From Chlamydia trachomatis (GTDB taxonomy: Bacteria; Chlamydiota; Chlamydiia; Chlamydiales; 2-12-FULL-49-11): a stretch of DNA of 64,000 bases. The translations under genes and the position numbers were made by a program. Positions within the stretch are counted from its first letter, which is position 1. Each line of letters opens with the position of its first letter. This document shows positions 34,053-47,272 of this stretch, in pieces. The stretch covers positions 20,190 to 84,189 of the forward strand of contig CAMBZN010000004.1 in NCBI GenBank assembly GCA_945872565.1, read 5' to 3'. The notes beneath the pieces were generated by a model. That model had not been told where the DNA came from. It saw only the letters and a program-made list of their open reading frames with translations, and ran no database searches.

Positions 34053-35117
34053 ATTAAGAAGCAGTTTTTTTGCTTCTGCTAAAAAAAATATACTCCCGCA
34101 GACAAGGATAATATCAGAGCTCTGTCCTGAATATTCCTTAATACCTAATATGGCAGCCTCCTCCTTGGAAATAAGCCAATCAAGCTCATGAGGAAAGAAA
34201 AAAACCTCCTCACAATAGGATCGCAATATTTCTAGACAGGTGTGTATGGATTTATTCTTAGACATATTCCACAATGAAATGACCTTTTGACCTGGATACT
34301 GCTTTTGTATCTTTCTTTTTAAGGCTAAAAATCCATCCTCATTATGCGCCATATCAAAGATGATGTTTCCATGAGTTTCAAAACGAGCTGGCAGTTTAAA
34401 TACCTCAGAAAGTTGTTTCATTTTTAGGATTTCTAAACAGGTGTCTGCGATATTTTTATTCTCTTGGATATAATCACAATCTGAGGCCCTCACTTCATAA
34501 ACATTAGCATCCAAGGCTTTTGCTGCTTTATAACATTCTGGGTGCTGTGCATGATATCCTAGTACCACAGGCGTATTGGGTTTAATAATCCCCGCTTTAT
34601 TATAGGCAATATCGGCAAGAGTTGGTCCTAAAAGCTCCACATGATCGTAGCTAAGATTTGTGATCACACAAAGGTTTGGATTGATCACATTTGTTGGATC
34701 TTTTAAACCTCCAAGGCCTACCTCAATCACTGCATAATCAACCTCCTGTTCTTTAAAGTACAAAAATGCAATAAATGTCAACAGCTCAAAAAAAGCAAGT
34801 CCCGCTAAAATTTCTTTATTCTCCGCATAGATTGCCTCTAGTCTCTTGTTGGAAATGTTTATTCCATTCACCGAGATTCGCTCTGTTTTGCATTCAAAAT
34901 GTGGGGAAGTTAAAAGCCCTGTTTTATAGCCTGAAGCTTCGATACCTTTAGCAATATTGAGCGAAACTGTTCCCTTTCCATTTGTTCCGGCAACATGCAC
35001 TGTTTTATATCTGTCACTTGGAGACCCAAGAGCTTTGAAAATATCCAATAATTCTGAAAAATCTCTCGAATTAAAATTCCCACGCTTGAAATTTTTATAA
35101 CATTCTGAAAAGTTCAT
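34047..35117 (-). CDS. folC: dihydrofolate synthase / folylpolyglutamate synthase (short form)
   Basis: 356 aa with the Mur-ligase P-loop HVAGTNGKGT, plus VIEVGLGG and DHVELLG. Confidence 0.85.
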   Translation of the reverse strand: MNFSECYKNFKRGNFNSRDFSELLDIFKALGSPSDRYKTVHVAGTNGKGTVSLNIAKGIEASGYKTGLLTSPHFECKTERISVNGINISNKRLEAIYAENKEILAGLAFFELLTFIAFLYFKEQEVDYAVIEVGLGGLKDPTNVINPNLCVITNLSYDHVELLGPTLADIAYNKAGIIKPNTPVVLGYHAQHPECYKAAKALDANVYEVRASDCDYIQENKNIADTCLEILKMKQLSEVFKLPARFETHGNIIFDMAHNEDGFLALKRKIQKQYPGQKVISLWNMSKNKSIHTCLEILRSYCEEVFFFPHELDWLISKEEAAILGIKEYSGQSSDIILVCGSIFFLAEAKKLLLNL

Positions 35118-35944
35118 AAAAGCGATCTTACCCCACTTTCTGTTGTGAATGAAGATCCCATCGATACAAACACCCGATGCTCTCCATGGTAATCCGACCC
35201 CCCTGTTTTTTTCAAGTTTCTCTGGTCTGCCATTTTTAATAAATACTCAATTTCAGATAGCTTGAAGTTTCCGTAATAGCATTCTAATCCATCAAATCGA
35301 TAGGTGTCCAAAAGTTTTCTTAGCACCTTCTGACCCTTAATAAGAATTGGATGAGCAAGAACAACTTTTCCCCCTGCCTTTCTAATCACAGCGATTGTTT
35401 CATCTATTGAAGGCATTACAGATTTGACATAATACGGCGCTTTTTCCCCTAAAAATCTTTTAAAGGCATCTTTCATATCCGTTGCATACCCCTTTTCAAT
35501 CAGACACAAAGCAATGTGAGGTCTTCCTACTGACTCTTTACCCAAAATAAACACCTCCTCTGCTAGAAGGGAGAATCCACTAGCTTGTAACTTATTGATC
35601 ATCTCTTTTATCCTAACATGTCTGCGCAATCGATGCTTGTTACAAAATTTTATAAGCTGATCATTTTTTACATCTATCCCATACCCTAAGATGTGCACTG
35701 ACTCAAATAAATCCTTTTTTTCATAAGCTGTAGAAAACTCTACCCCGGAAATAAGCTCCACCTCTAATTGGTTTGCATAAGCAAACACATCATCTGAGTA
35801 GGCAGATACTGTGTCGTGGTCTGTAATAGAAAATCCCTTTAGACCTTGATTTTTACACATATCTATCAACTCAAAAGGGGTCTTTGTCCCATCAGAAAAT
35901 GTACTGTGGGTGTGTAAATCAAATGATCCTAACTTCGCACTCAA
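35114..35944 (-). CDS. PHP-domain phosphoesterase (TrpH/YciV-like)
   Basis: 276 aa with DLHTHSTFSDG, ITDHDT, LAHP and GGSDYHG metal-binding motifs. Confidence 0.8.
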   Translation of the reverse strand: MSAKLGSFDLHTHSTFSDGTKTPFELIDMCKNQGLKGFSITDHDTVSAYSDDVFAYANQLEVELISGVEFSTAYEKKDLFESVHILGYGIDVKNDQLIKFCNKHRLRRHVRIKEMINKLQASGFSLLAEEVFILGKESVGRPHIALCLIEKGYATDMKDAFKRFLGEKAPYYVKSVMPSIDETIAVIRKAGGKVVLAHPILIKGQKVLRKLLDTYRFDGLECYYGNFKLSEIEYLLKMADQRNLKKTGGSDYHGEHRVFVSMGSSFTTESGVRSLL

Positions 35945-36773
35945 GCTTTACCCCCACTTCTTCCAAAACCCTCTCTTGAACCTTGTTCATTAGATTAAAT
36001 ACATCGGCAAATGTTGCATTGTTTTGATTGTTAATAAAATTTGCATGCTTGGTACTTACCTCTGCTCCCCCACATGTTAGCCCTTTAAGGCCACATTGAT
36101 CAATCAACTGCCCTGCAGCAAATTCATGCACAGGATTTTTAAAAACACACCCTGAATTTTTCATTTCTATGGGCTGGGTTTTTACCCTTTGCTTTAAATA
36201 TTGGTTGATCATTTGTTTTGCCTCTGCCGAGTGGCTTAATGAAAAAGTAGCCCCAAGCAGTAGGTCTGTTCCTTCATGAAAAATGGATTTTCGATAGGCA
36301 AATGCGCACTGATTTTTATCCATTATAATGATTTTTCCATCCTCTTTTAAAACTCTTACTGAAATCAAATGTTTTGATATTTCATTTCCAGAAACTCCCG
36401 CATTCATGAATACACTTCCGCCAACAGTTCCTGGAACCCCCACTAAAGCCTCTAATCCTGAAAGATCGTTTTTTGCTGTCTTTCTACAAAGTAGCGGAAG
36501 GGACACCCCTGATTCTGCATAAACAGTTGTCCCTGTAATTTGGTATGCAGTCATTTTATTAACAATGATTAGGCCAGGGTAATAATCATTACGAAAAAGA
36601 AGATTAGACCCTTTGCCTAAAAACAAATATTCTAGTTTTCTTTCTTTTGCAAACGCTATAGCAACTTGTAATTCACCCTCAGATGTTATAGAGGTTAAAA
36701 ACCTTGCCTTGGCATTAATTCCATAACTGTGATACTTGCTTATATTTTGCTCTTCTTTAAAGCGCTGCTCCAT
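35919..36773 (-). CDS. murB: UDP-N-acetylenolpyruvoylglucosamine reductase
   Basis: 284 aa with an FAD-binding GKGSNLL and GVPGTVGGSVFMNAG, and a C-terminal SGCVFKNP. Confidence 0.9.
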   Translation of the reverse strand: MEQRFKEEQNISKYHSYGINAKARFLTSITSEGELQVAIAFAKERKLEYLFLGKGSNLLFRNDYYPGLIIVNKMTAYQITGTTVYAESGVSLPLLCRKTAKNDLSGLEALVGVPGTVGGSVFMNAGVSGNEISKHLISVRVLKEDGKIIIMDKNQCAFAYRKSIFHEGTDLLLGATFSLSHSAEAKQMINQYLKQRVKTQPIEMKNSGCVFKNPVHEFAAGQLIDQCGLKGLTCGGAEVSTKHANFINNQNNATFADVFNLMNKVQERVLEEVGVKLECEVRII

Positions 36774-37185
36774 GCTTCATCTCTTTATAAATAGCGTCTA
36801 TCATAGCATGAAGGTATTTTGGAGCTCCATAACTACTGAATTTTTTTGCTATTCTAATTGCCTCTGCTATTGCAATTTCTACGGGGATGCTTTCTTGAAT
36901 CAATTCATAGAGCACAACCCTTAAAATTGCTAAATCAACTTTTGCTATTCTATCCAATGAATATTCTACTGATATATTCGACAGATAACAATCAAAAGTT
37001 TTTTTACTATGAAAAATTTTTTCGGCATGCTTGATAAAAACCAACATATTTTTTCTGCTCACCTGAAAAATGGACATAAAAAATTCTACAGAATCAATAT
37101 TAATTTCTCCAACTTCATTGAATACATACAGTAATTGTACATAGATTTCACGAGTTTTTCTTGGGTTTGCTTCCATTTTTTGCAT
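36757..37185 (-). CDS. nusB: transcription antitermination factor NusB
   Basis: 142 aa with an N-terminal R..TREIYVQLLY and LAILRVVLYEL, both typical of NusB. Confidence 0.8.
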   Translation of the reverse strand: MQKMEANPRKTREIYVQLLYVFNEVGEINIDSVEFFMSIFQVSRKNMLVFIKHAEKIFHSKKTFDCYLSNISVEYSLDRIAKVDLAILRVVLYELIQESIPVEIAIAEAIRIAKKFSSYGAPKYLHAMIDAIYKEMKHGAAL

Positions 37186-37246
37186 CTCTACACAGTTGTT
37201 TCAAAGAGTGTAACATACTAAGCAGTTTTTTTAATAGCACAGATTT

Positions 37247-38029
37247 TCAACTTTTCCTCACTACTAAGCCATCGTCTTCATTGTAGTCAAATAAACGACA
37301 AACTTCCAATGAAGAGCCGAGAATTGTAACATTATCGGAGTCCTCTTGAACGCAATCGTAATCTTCTTCATCTAAATCATTCCATCCAGAGGTATGCGTG
37401 AAAGGCATTGCTAATTTACAAGGACTACAGTCTAATTCACCTGGTATAAGAAACCTGCCATATTGAATATCTTCATCATTCTGAAAACCCGATCGCGTGT
37501 CTTCGTAATCGCCATCTTCTATACCTGCAGGAGTCCGATTCCGGTCAAACTTAAACCTATTAAATGTTAGGTGATGCCATGTCACTAGATAATCATCTTC
37601 ATCAAAACCTAATATCTTTGCGAAAACACATTCTCTTGGACCTCTCTTCCAAGGCTCCCCGGTATTAATATTGATAATTTCTAGGGGGTCTTCATTTTCT
37701 TGCTCGTAAATATAGTGAGAATTTTCTCCTTCTTCAATATCTTCAAACCTAAATGTGACTTGTAATGTTAATTCACCAAAATGAAGAATCTTTGTACAAA
37801 CTTCATCCTCGTGACATCTAAAAGTATTTTTGCTAATAGGCAAAGAAATGGGTAATGCAGAAGCTGCTTGAGCACCTAAATTAGCAAAAAACTTTGCTGC
37901 CACCCCATTTGTTTTTAGATCTCCCTCAGGTAGTTGAGCGGGAGCAGCTCCTTGCCTTTTTCTAACTGTATTCGTGAATTCTGAATTGGGGATATGCTTT
38001 GACTCATAATTTCCTCCTGTTTTTTTCAA
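37247..38029 (-). CDS. hypothetical acidic protein (260 aa)
   Basis: Uninterrupted ORF, very Asp/Glu-rich in the C-terminal two thirds. I recognise no motif. Confidence 0.5.
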   Translation of the reverse strand: MKKTGGNYESKHIPNSEFTNTVRKRQGAAPAQLPEGDLKTNGVAAKFFANLGAQAASALPISLPISKNTFRCHEDEVCTKILHFGELTLQVTFRFEDIEEGENSHYIYEQENEDPLEIININTGEPWKRGPRECVFAKILGFDEDDYLVTWHHLTFNRFKFDRNRTPAGIEDGDYEDTRSGFQNDEDIQYGRFLIPGELDCSPCKLAMPFTHTSGWNDLDEEDYDCVQEDSDNVTILGSSLEVCRLFDYNEDDGLVVRKS

Positions 38030-38163
38030 AAAAAGATGATCGCATTATTTAAAAATAAAGGTCAACCCTTTTTATTTTCTTAAAGAAATCTTTTTTCGTT
38101 GACCTTGTCTTTATTTTTAGATAAAGTTGTAAACAACTGCTTTTTAAACAAAGGAATCTCTTT

Positions 38164-38535
38164 ATGAGCACAACACCTGTATCAGGATCATTACACTTTC
38201 CAACAGTATCTGAACTTGCACGTTTATTAGATGAAGTTATCCCCAACACTACCACAGACGCTAAAAAAAATAAAATTATTCATTTTGCGTCTACATTTTT
38301 TGGTGATAAACCGTTTACATTACTTGAAAATGAAAATATTATTAAGAATATTGCTATTATAGTCACTATACAGATTGAGATTATCGTGAATGATAGGTCC
38401 TTGACAGGTGAAGATTTGAATAACGTTTTAGGGAATGTCCCAGAAAGTGAAGTCTTATTGGTTGCTGAGATTGTAAAGGCTGCTTTACATAATATCGCAA
38501 GCTTCCCTTTTAGCTTGAAGCAAGAAATAAACTAA
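38164..38535 (+). CDS. hypothetical protein (123 aa)
   Basis: Divergent from the 260-aa ORF. AAAGGA lies upstream of the ATG. I recognise no motif. Confidence 0.45.
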   Translation: MSTTPVSGSLHFPTVSELARLLDEVIPNTTTDAKKNKIIHFASTFFGDKPFTLLENENIIKNIAIIVTIQIEIIVNDRSLTGEDLNNVLGNVPESEVLLVAEIVKAALHNIASFPFSLKQEIN

Positions 38536-38635
38536 AAAGTGGCCTTCTAGTGCCTTTTTCTCATGCGCATTTCCCCCTTTATTTAAAAAAGTTTTTACTC
38601 TATGATTTAAAATTCTTTCTTTTTCATAAAATGAG

Positions 38636-39238
38636 GTGATAGTTTTGCTTGGTGTATTTTTAGACTCTGAAACAAACGGTTTAGATTGGACTACACATGT
38701 TATTTTAGAGATTTCCTTTATTATTAAAAACTTAATCACAGGCGAAAAAATCCTTTCATACAACACTTTGATTCGACCAAGCAATGAACAGTGGGCAAGT
38801 AGCAACCGGGACAGTTTAGAGTTTACAGGAATTTCGAAAGAATCTTTGGAAAAATTTGGAAAGGAGAGACTTTTTGTGAAAAAAGAGATTCTTGAAATTT
38901 TTGAAAATAATAATATTAAACGGGGAAATGCTGTATTTATTTGCCAAAACCCAAGCTTTGATCGTATTTTTTTCTCAGGTATTATTGATGTGATAACCCA
39001 GGAACGATTCAACTTACCCTATTACTGGCTTGATCTTGCATCAATGTATTGGAGTAGACGGATATTAGAAGGGACAAAAATAGAAAACCTATGTATCTCA
39101 AAAGATGCAATAGCTAAAAATTATGGACTTGCTGAAGAGGCAAAGCCCCACCGCGCAGAGGCGGGGGTGAATCACTTAGTTACGTGCTATAGAGCTGTTG
39201 TTGGCTTTCCAGGAAAAGATTCTCCAAAATGTGTTTAA
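38636..39238 (+). CDS. DnaQ-like 3'-5' exonuclease (DEDD family)
   Basis: 200 aa with Exo I FLDSETNGLD, Exo II QNPSFDRIF and an Exo III-like PHRAEAGVNHL. Confidence 0.7.
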   Translation: MIVLLGVFLDSETNGLDWTTHVILEISFIIKNLITGEKILSYNTLIRPSNEQWASSNRDSLEFTGISKESLEKFGKERLFVKKEILEIFENNNIKRGNAVFICQNPSFDRIFFSGIIDVITQERFNLPYYWLDLASMYWSRRILEGTKIENLCISKDAIAKNYGLAEEAKPHRAEAGVNHLVTCYRAVVGFPGKDSPKCV

Positions 39239-39953
39239 TTGAAATGTTAGTTTGAAATCCTTGCAAAGAAACTTGTATTAATTGTTCAATCTTCAAGGCG
39301 TTTGCGCTGGTTAAATGGGGGGCTTTTTTCATTTGGATAAACACAGACATAAAATCTTCTAGAAATATCCGAAGGTTTTTTTCTGACAATTCACTATTTT
39401 CGGTGATGGACTTTTCTATCTCAATAATTATTTTAAAAAAAGAATCATACTTTCTTGTTGATAATAACAACATTAGCTCTTGTATCTTGGTAGTGTAACT
39501 TACAAGCTGGCCAAGGCCACTGACATACTCCTTTTGGACGCGAGATAGGATCGTTGGAAGAATATCATCATAACAAACAGTTGTTAACAAAAGGACAAAG
39601 TTTGAAGGTGCATCCTCTAATGTCTTTAGCAAAGCATTTGCGTGGACTTTTTGCATTCTATCGATTGCAAGCAACGCAATCACCCGCTTTTTTGCCCGAA
39701 ACGGGGGGAGAGATGCTTCGGCTACCACAAGTTGAATTGTATCCATTGAATAGAGGTAGCTTTTGGATGTGGGTGCTACTTGTTGATAGTCCCCATGATT
39801 CATTAAGGCTTCTAGTGAATTTACCCCAAGGATCTCCATCGCGTGACTTTGCATTCGCTTAACCACTAAATCATGATCTTCACCATGAAATACTATTCCC
39901 GAAGCCATAGCATCCTTAATATTTATATCTTTAGTAATTTTGACTGCAACCAA
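39180..39953 (-). CDS. holB: DNA polymerase III delta-prime subunit
   Basis: NALLKTLEDAP and ILSRVQ motifs with a degenerate P-loop. It is adjacent to tmk as in other Chlamydiae. The start may be ATG 39908 (MASGIVFHGE). Confidence 0.7.
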   Translation of the reverse strand: MVAVKITKDINIKDAMASGIVFHGEDHDLVVKRMQSHAMEILGVNSLEALMNHGDYQQVAPTSKSYLYSMDTIQLVVAEASLPPFRAKKRVIALLAIDRMQKVHANALLKTLEDAPSNFVLLLTTVCYDDILPTILSRVQKEYVSGLGQLVSYTTKIQELMLLLSTRKYDSFFKIIIEIEKSITENSELSEKNLRIFLEDFMSVFIQMKKAPHLTSANALKIEQLIQVSLQGFQTNISIKHILENLFLESQQQLYST

Positions 39954-40567
39954 GTATCTACATGGCCTATTGCAGAGTGTAACACATTTTCAATAGATTC
40001 GTCAGCATTAATCACTACAATTCTATGAGGATTTTCTTCGGCAAGCAATAGGTAGCCTTTTCTAACCTTTTGGTGAAAAGCGATGGTTTCGCTTTCTAAT
40101 CGATCTTTTGGGCGCTTGATTCTATCCAATGCTTTTTCTGGAGAGACATCTAAATAAAATGTTAAATCAGGACAGAGCCCCTTTGTTGCAACAAGACTCA
40201 TTTGTTCGATGTCTTTCATCGGAACAAAGTCTCTACCAGCGCCTTGATAAGCTACAGAGGAGTCTGTAAATCGATCACAGATCACAACCTTACCCTCTTG
40301 AAGAGCTGGGATGATTACATTTTCTACATGGTAAGCTCTATCGGTAAGGTAGAGAAAAAACTCAGCCTCTGAAGGCATCGTATTTTTTGGATCTAGTAAT
40401 ATAGAACGAATGGTTTTACCAAATTCTGTGGCACCTGGTTCAAAGGTGACACATAGTTTTTTTTGTTTAGAAAGTAGGTGCTTTTCCAATCCTTTGATAA
40501 GGGTTGATTTTCCCGCACCTTCACCCCCTTCTAACGTGATAAAAAAACCAGATGTTCTCATTTTCAC
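39923..40567 (-). CDS. tmk: thymidylate kinase
   Basis: 214 aa with the P-loop LEGGEGAGKST, DRF.DSS.AYQG and a lid region. Confidence 0.95.
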   Translation of the reverse strand: MKMRTSGFFITLEGGEGAGKSTLIKGLEKHLLSKQKKLCVTFEPGATEFGKTIRSILLDPKNTMPSEAEFFLYLTDRAYHVENVIIPALQEGKVVICDRFTDSSVAYQGAGRDFVPMKDIEQMSLVATKGLCPDLTFYLDVSPEKALDRIKRPKDRLESETIAFHQKVRKGYLLLAEENPHRIVVINADESIENVLHSAIGHVDTWLQSKLLKI

Positions 40568-43023
40568 TCAACTTCTGCTACGATGTTTTCTATCCTTTGT
40601 ACTGCCACCAAATGATCATCACTTCCCAACTGAACAATTTTTACTCCTTGAGTGGTTCTGCCCATGATGCGAATATCCTTCATAGAAGTTCTCAAAGTTT
40701 GCCCAGAGTTTGACATCATCAAAGCACTGTCTTCATCAGTCACAGTGATTGCTCCAACTACCAAACCATTTCGTTTATTTGTGATAATGGATCTAACTCC
40801 CTTACCACCGCGGTTTGTTTGTCTAAAGTCTATTACTTTTGATCGCTTTCCGTGTCCGTGTTCACAGACTACAAGCAATGACTGCCCTTCTTTAACAACC
40901 ACACAAGATACAACGTAATCTTCCTCATTTTTTAAAGATACACCCCTTACTCCACGGGCTGTTCTTCCAATTGCTCTTACAAGAGTCTGATCAAATCTTA
41001 CAGCCATTCCGTGTCTTGTAAAGAGCATAATTTGATCCTTTTCATTTACAAGTTCTGCAGAAATCACTTTATCGCCCTCGTCAATAGAGATTGCATAAAC
41101 ACCTTTTTTTCTAGGATTGGAAAAACTATCCAATAAGGTCTTTTTGATCACACCCTTTTTGGTAGAAAGTAAAATCGATGCCTCTTGATCAAAGCTTGCA
41201 ACTCGAAGTACCGCTGCAATTTGCTCATCTTTTGCAATTCCTTCAAGAAGGTTTACTAAAGCCTTACCTTTAGACTTTCTAGACCCTTCTGGAATTTGCC
41301 ATGCTTTAAGCCAATAGCATCTACCAAAACTTGTAAACACAAGTAAATGATCATGAGTGCTTGCTACGTAGGCATTTTTAACTCCATCAGTATCTTTTCT
41401 CATATCAATTCCGATTACACCATGACCACCACGTTTTTGTTCACGGAAGGTGTCTATTGGCATTCTTTTGATATAATCATCTGTTGAAATAGTGATAATG
41501 ATTGGCTCATTTGCGATAAGATCTTCCATTTCAAGACCCTCTTCTTCTGAAGGTGCAATGGTTGTCATTCTCTTTGTTTTATCATGCTTGCGCATCTCTT
41601 CAAGTTCTGCTTTTATAATATCAAAAACCATCTGTTGAGAAGCTAAAACAGCAATATAATGTCTAATTTTTGCTAAAAGTTCTTCATACTCTTTTTCTAA
41701 CTTGTCTCTTTCAAGACCTGTAAGTTGGTATAAACGGAGCTCTAACACTGCATCAGCTTGTCTTTCGGAAAATTCATATTTTGCAATCAGAGCAATCTTT
41801 GCTTCCTGTTTGTCGGAACTTTTTTTGATGAGTGTAACAATATCATCAAGTTTATCAAGCGCCTTTAAATACCCCTCTAACACATGAGCACGAGACTCTG
41901 CCTTTTTCAACTCAAAACGGGTACGACGTCGAACCACTTCATTTCTATGATCGATCCAACAAGTGATCATATGTTTAACGTTCATAAGTCTTGGAAGGCC
42001 ATTGTCAAGCGCCAACATATTGCACCCAAATGTCACCTGAAAATCGGTATAATTATATAATTGATTTACAATTACGTCAGGAATTTCTCCCCTTTTTAGA
42101 TCTAAAACAACACGCAATCCTTCCCTGTCTGATTCGTCACGAATATCAGAAAGTCCAGTCATTACCTTGTTATTCACAAGTTCGGCAATTTTAATGATCA
42201 ATTGCGCCTTATTTACACCATAGGGAAGCTGATCGATGATCACTGCAGATCGATCCCCTTTTAATTCTTCGACATGAAATATTCCACGTACACGTAATTT
42301 ACCACGCCCTGTATGATAGGCCTCTTTAATTCCTTTTCTTCCACAGATGATACCCCCTGTTGGAAAATCAGGCCCTGGCATTACATCCATAATTTCATCA
42401 ATGGTTGTATCAGGATTATTGATGATTAAAATTGTTGCATCTATTAACTCAGTAAGATTATGGGGAGGAATGTTTGTTGCCATTCCCACTGCAATTCCTG
42501 TTGATCCGTTTGCTAATAAGTTTGGAAATTTAGAAGGGAAGACTACTGGTTCTTTTTTCGTCTCATCATAGTTGGGGACATAGTCAACGGTTTCTTTATC
42601 TAAATCATCCATCAAGGCCATGGATGGCCCTGTAAGCCTTGCTTCAGTGTACCGCATTGCAGCTGGTGGATCACCATCTACTGAACCAAAGTTTCCCTGC
42701 CCGTTGACAAGAGAGTAACGCATAATCCATTCTTGCGCCATACGAACAAGGGTTGGGTAAATTACACCCTCACCGTGAGGGTGAAAATCTCCTGATGTAT
42801 CACCGGCGATTTTTGCGCACTTTCTGTGTTTTCCGCCAGGGGAGAGATTAAGCAGCCTCATTGCATAAAGAATTCTTCTTTGCGAAGGCTTTAATCCATC
42901 ACGAACATCTGGAAGTGCTCGAGATATAATTACTGACATTGAGTAACGGAGATAACTTTCTTTCATCTCCTCTTCAATATTTCTATCTACTACCAATCCT
43001 GAAGCTTGTTCTTCATCACTCAT
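40564..43023 (-). CDS. gyrA: DNA gyrase subunit A
   Basis: 819 aa with DGLKPSQRRILY, AAMRYTEARL (active-site Tyr) and a C-terminal beta-pinwheel repeat region. Confidence 0.97.
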   Translation of the reverse strand: MSDEEQASGLVVDRNIEEEMKESYLRYSMSVIISRALPDVRDGLKPSQRRILYAMRLLNLSPGGKHRKCAKIAGDTSGDFHPHGEGVIYPTLVRMAQEWIMRYSLVNGQGNFGSVDGDPPAAMRYTEARLTGPSMALMDDLDKETVDYVPNYDETKKEPVVFPSKFPNLLANGSTGIAVGMATNIPPHNLTELIDATILIINNPDTTIDEIMDVMPGPDFPTGGIICGRKGIKEAYHTGRGKLRVRGIFHVEELKGDRSAVIIDQLPYGVNKAQLIIKIAELVNNKVMTGLSDIRDESDREGLRVVLDLKRGEIPDVIVNQLYNYTDFQVTFGCNMLALDNGLPRLMNVKHMITCWIDHRNEVVRRRTRFELKKAESRAHVLEGYLKALDKLDDIVTLIKKSSDKQEAKIALIAKYEFSERQADAVLELRLYQLTGLERDKLEKEYEELLAKIRHYIAVLASQQMVFDIIKAELEEMRKHDKTKRMTTIAPSEEEGLEMEDLIANEPIIITISTDDYIKRMPIDTFREQKRGGHGVIGIDMRKDTDGVKNAYVASTHDHLLVFTSFGRCYWLKAWQIPEGSRKSKGKALVNLLEGIAKDEQIAAVLRVASFDQEASILLSTKKGVIKKTLLDSFSNPRKKGVYAISIDEGDKVISAELVNEKDQIMLFTRHGMAVRFDQTLVRAIGRTARGVRGVSLKNEEDYVVSCVVVKEGQSLLVVCEHGHGKRSKVIDFRQTNRGGKGVRSIITNKRNGLVVGAITVTDEDSALMMSNSGQTLRTSMKDIRIMGRTTQGVKIVQLGSDDHLVAVQRIENIVAEVE

Positions 43024-43037
43024 AATCTCATTTTTCC

Positions 43038-45542
<2,505 letters not shown>

Positions 45543-45545
45543 TCA

Positions 45546-45866
45546 TTACCTCCGGTAAACAATCTTTTTAATAGAAGGAAAGCTGCCTTGCCTTTGCAAC
45601 ATTGAGATCATCTCACCTGTCCCAATCATCGCTAAGTCGGCGTATATCGCGCCAGACAGAACCTTCACATATAAAGTGTCCCCTAAAATTTTTTCAACTC
45701 GTGTATATTTAGCAAACTTTGGATCGATAACTGCATTCCAGATCGCATCAATATTTTTTGGACGGGCATTTCGAGTTTTTACAATTTTACCTAAAACTGA
45801 ACCCAATACATCCCCTAGATTCGTCCAAGGTGTTTCGATTGCACTTTTTTTAATTCGCCTGGTCAA
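45546..45866 (-). CDS. DUF721-family protein (conserved upstream partner of gyrB)
   Basis: 106 aa. The call rests on its position immediately 5' of gyrB and its size and charge pattern, so it is moderate only. Confidence 0.6.
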   Translation of the reverse strand: MTRRIKKSAIETPWTNLGDVLGSVLGKIVKTRNARPKNIDAIWNAVIDPKFAKYTRVEKILGDTLYVKVLSGAIYADLAMIGTGEMISMLQRQGSFPSIKKIVYRR

Positions 45867-45947
45867 ACAATACGTCCATTTGCTTTCATACCAAACTCGC
45901 AGTATAGTAAAATGCGATCTAAAAAGCTACCTTTTCTTTTCAAGAAA

Positions 45948-47117
45948 TTAGATAGCAACCGTTGGTGATTCTAGATCTTGATCTGGATCATCAACTTTTG
46001 CATACTCCCCTCGAAGCGCCCTTAAAATCCTCTCACCTAATTCCAGTATTTTTTGCCTTGTTGTAGAATCTGCAGACTTTAAACCATCGTCTATTACAGT
46101 TTGAACTTTTTTCAACGCCCCTTCCATAACCTTTTTTTGGAGATCACAACGATCTGAGAGGGTGGAAATTTGTCGCCTAAACTCTTCTAATTCCTCTTTG
46201 GTTAGATCAAAATCAGCATTTAAAAGAGCGAATTGTTTAATGTTTTCCTCTAACTCATCACTTACTTTCATTAAACGGTTGGATAATTTCTGATGAGTAA
46301 TAAGGGACTTCTGTTGCATCTCATTTAATTCCTTTTCCTTTTCTAGGTTGGCATCGGCATCCTTTAGATTTTGCGCACCCAAGTCGATCTGATGAACAAA
46401 TTGTCGCACCAAAATTTCAGCTCTGTGGGCAATTCCCCGATTCTCCTCTAATTTTTTTTCATAGAGAGTTAAGCACCTTTCTAACCGACTTTCAAGCGAC
46501 TCTAATTCTCCTGCCGATTTTTCCACCCGGCCGTGTTGCTCTGAAAGATCTTTTGCTGTCATTTGGATCTTACCTTCAAATATTTCAACAAGAGATTCAT
46601 ATTTTTTAAGCGCTGATTGGTAGCCTTGCAAAGCTTCTTGTAATTGTTGATTTGCTGTCACTTGTTTTTCAACTTCCATTTTTAATTGATCAACAATTTT
46701 TTCATGGTTTACATTTGCTTCCACATACCTTGCATTTTCTCCGCGCAAATCATTTGCTGTTTGCTCAAGATTTGTAACAAGCCCGTTAAGGTTAGTTATC
46801 TCCTCTTGCAATTCATCTACTACTGCTTTTAAAGTTCCTAAAATAATGTACGCTCTGTTATAAGCAATTCCCACCGAAGCTGCTATTGCAATAGTAATCA
46901 CTAAAGCAATTCCGGCGTATAACCATGGTACAACAGCTGTTGCTCCTAAAATAACTAAAACAACAGCGGCAACAATCAACGCAACCTCTACAACCATAGC
47001 AAATTCATGAACGCACCCACAGCATCCTTTGGTGTTTGCTCTTTGATTTGCATCGTTAACCATATTTTGCAGCCTTGCTACATTTGCCCCTCTTATTAAA
47101 GGCGATGTTTCATTCAT
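45948..47117 (-). CDS. Inc-like membrane protein: bilobed hydrophobic domain plus long coiled coil
   Basis: 389 aa with a polar N-terminus. A ~55-aa hydrophobic block split in two follows (FAMVVEVALIVAAVVLVILGATAVVPWLYAGIALVITIAIAASVGIAY). The remaining ~290 aa are heptad-rich, Glu/Leu/Gln-rich sequence. Confidence 0.65.
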   Translation of the reverse strand: MNETSPLIRGANVARLQNMVNDANQRANTKGCCGCVHEFAMVVEVALIVAAVVLVILGATAVVPWLYAGIALVITIAIAASVGIAYNRAYIILGTLKAVVDELQEEITNLNGLVTNLEQTANDLRGENARYVEANVNHEKIVDQLKMEVEKQVTANQQLQEALQGYQSALKKYESLVEIFEGKIQMTAKDLSEQHGRVEKSAGELESLESRLERCLTLYEKKLEENRGIAHRAEILVRQFVHQIDLGAQNLKDADANLEKEKELNEMQQKSLITHQKLSNRLMKVSDELEENIKQFALLNADFDLTKEELEEFRRQISTLSDRCDLQKKVMEGALKKVQTVIDDGLKSADSTTRQKILELGERILRALRGEYAKVDDPDQDLESPTVAI

Positions 47118-47272
47118 ATAGATTCCTTTGCTGTATTGTTAATATACAGTAAAATGTAAACCTATTAAACTGTTAAATTCAATAAAATAATATTAGAAAC
47201 CGGCAACGTAATCATACGCGCCTAAAAAAGAATAGGATACAAATTAAAAAAAATAGAAAAAGCTCGCAAAGC

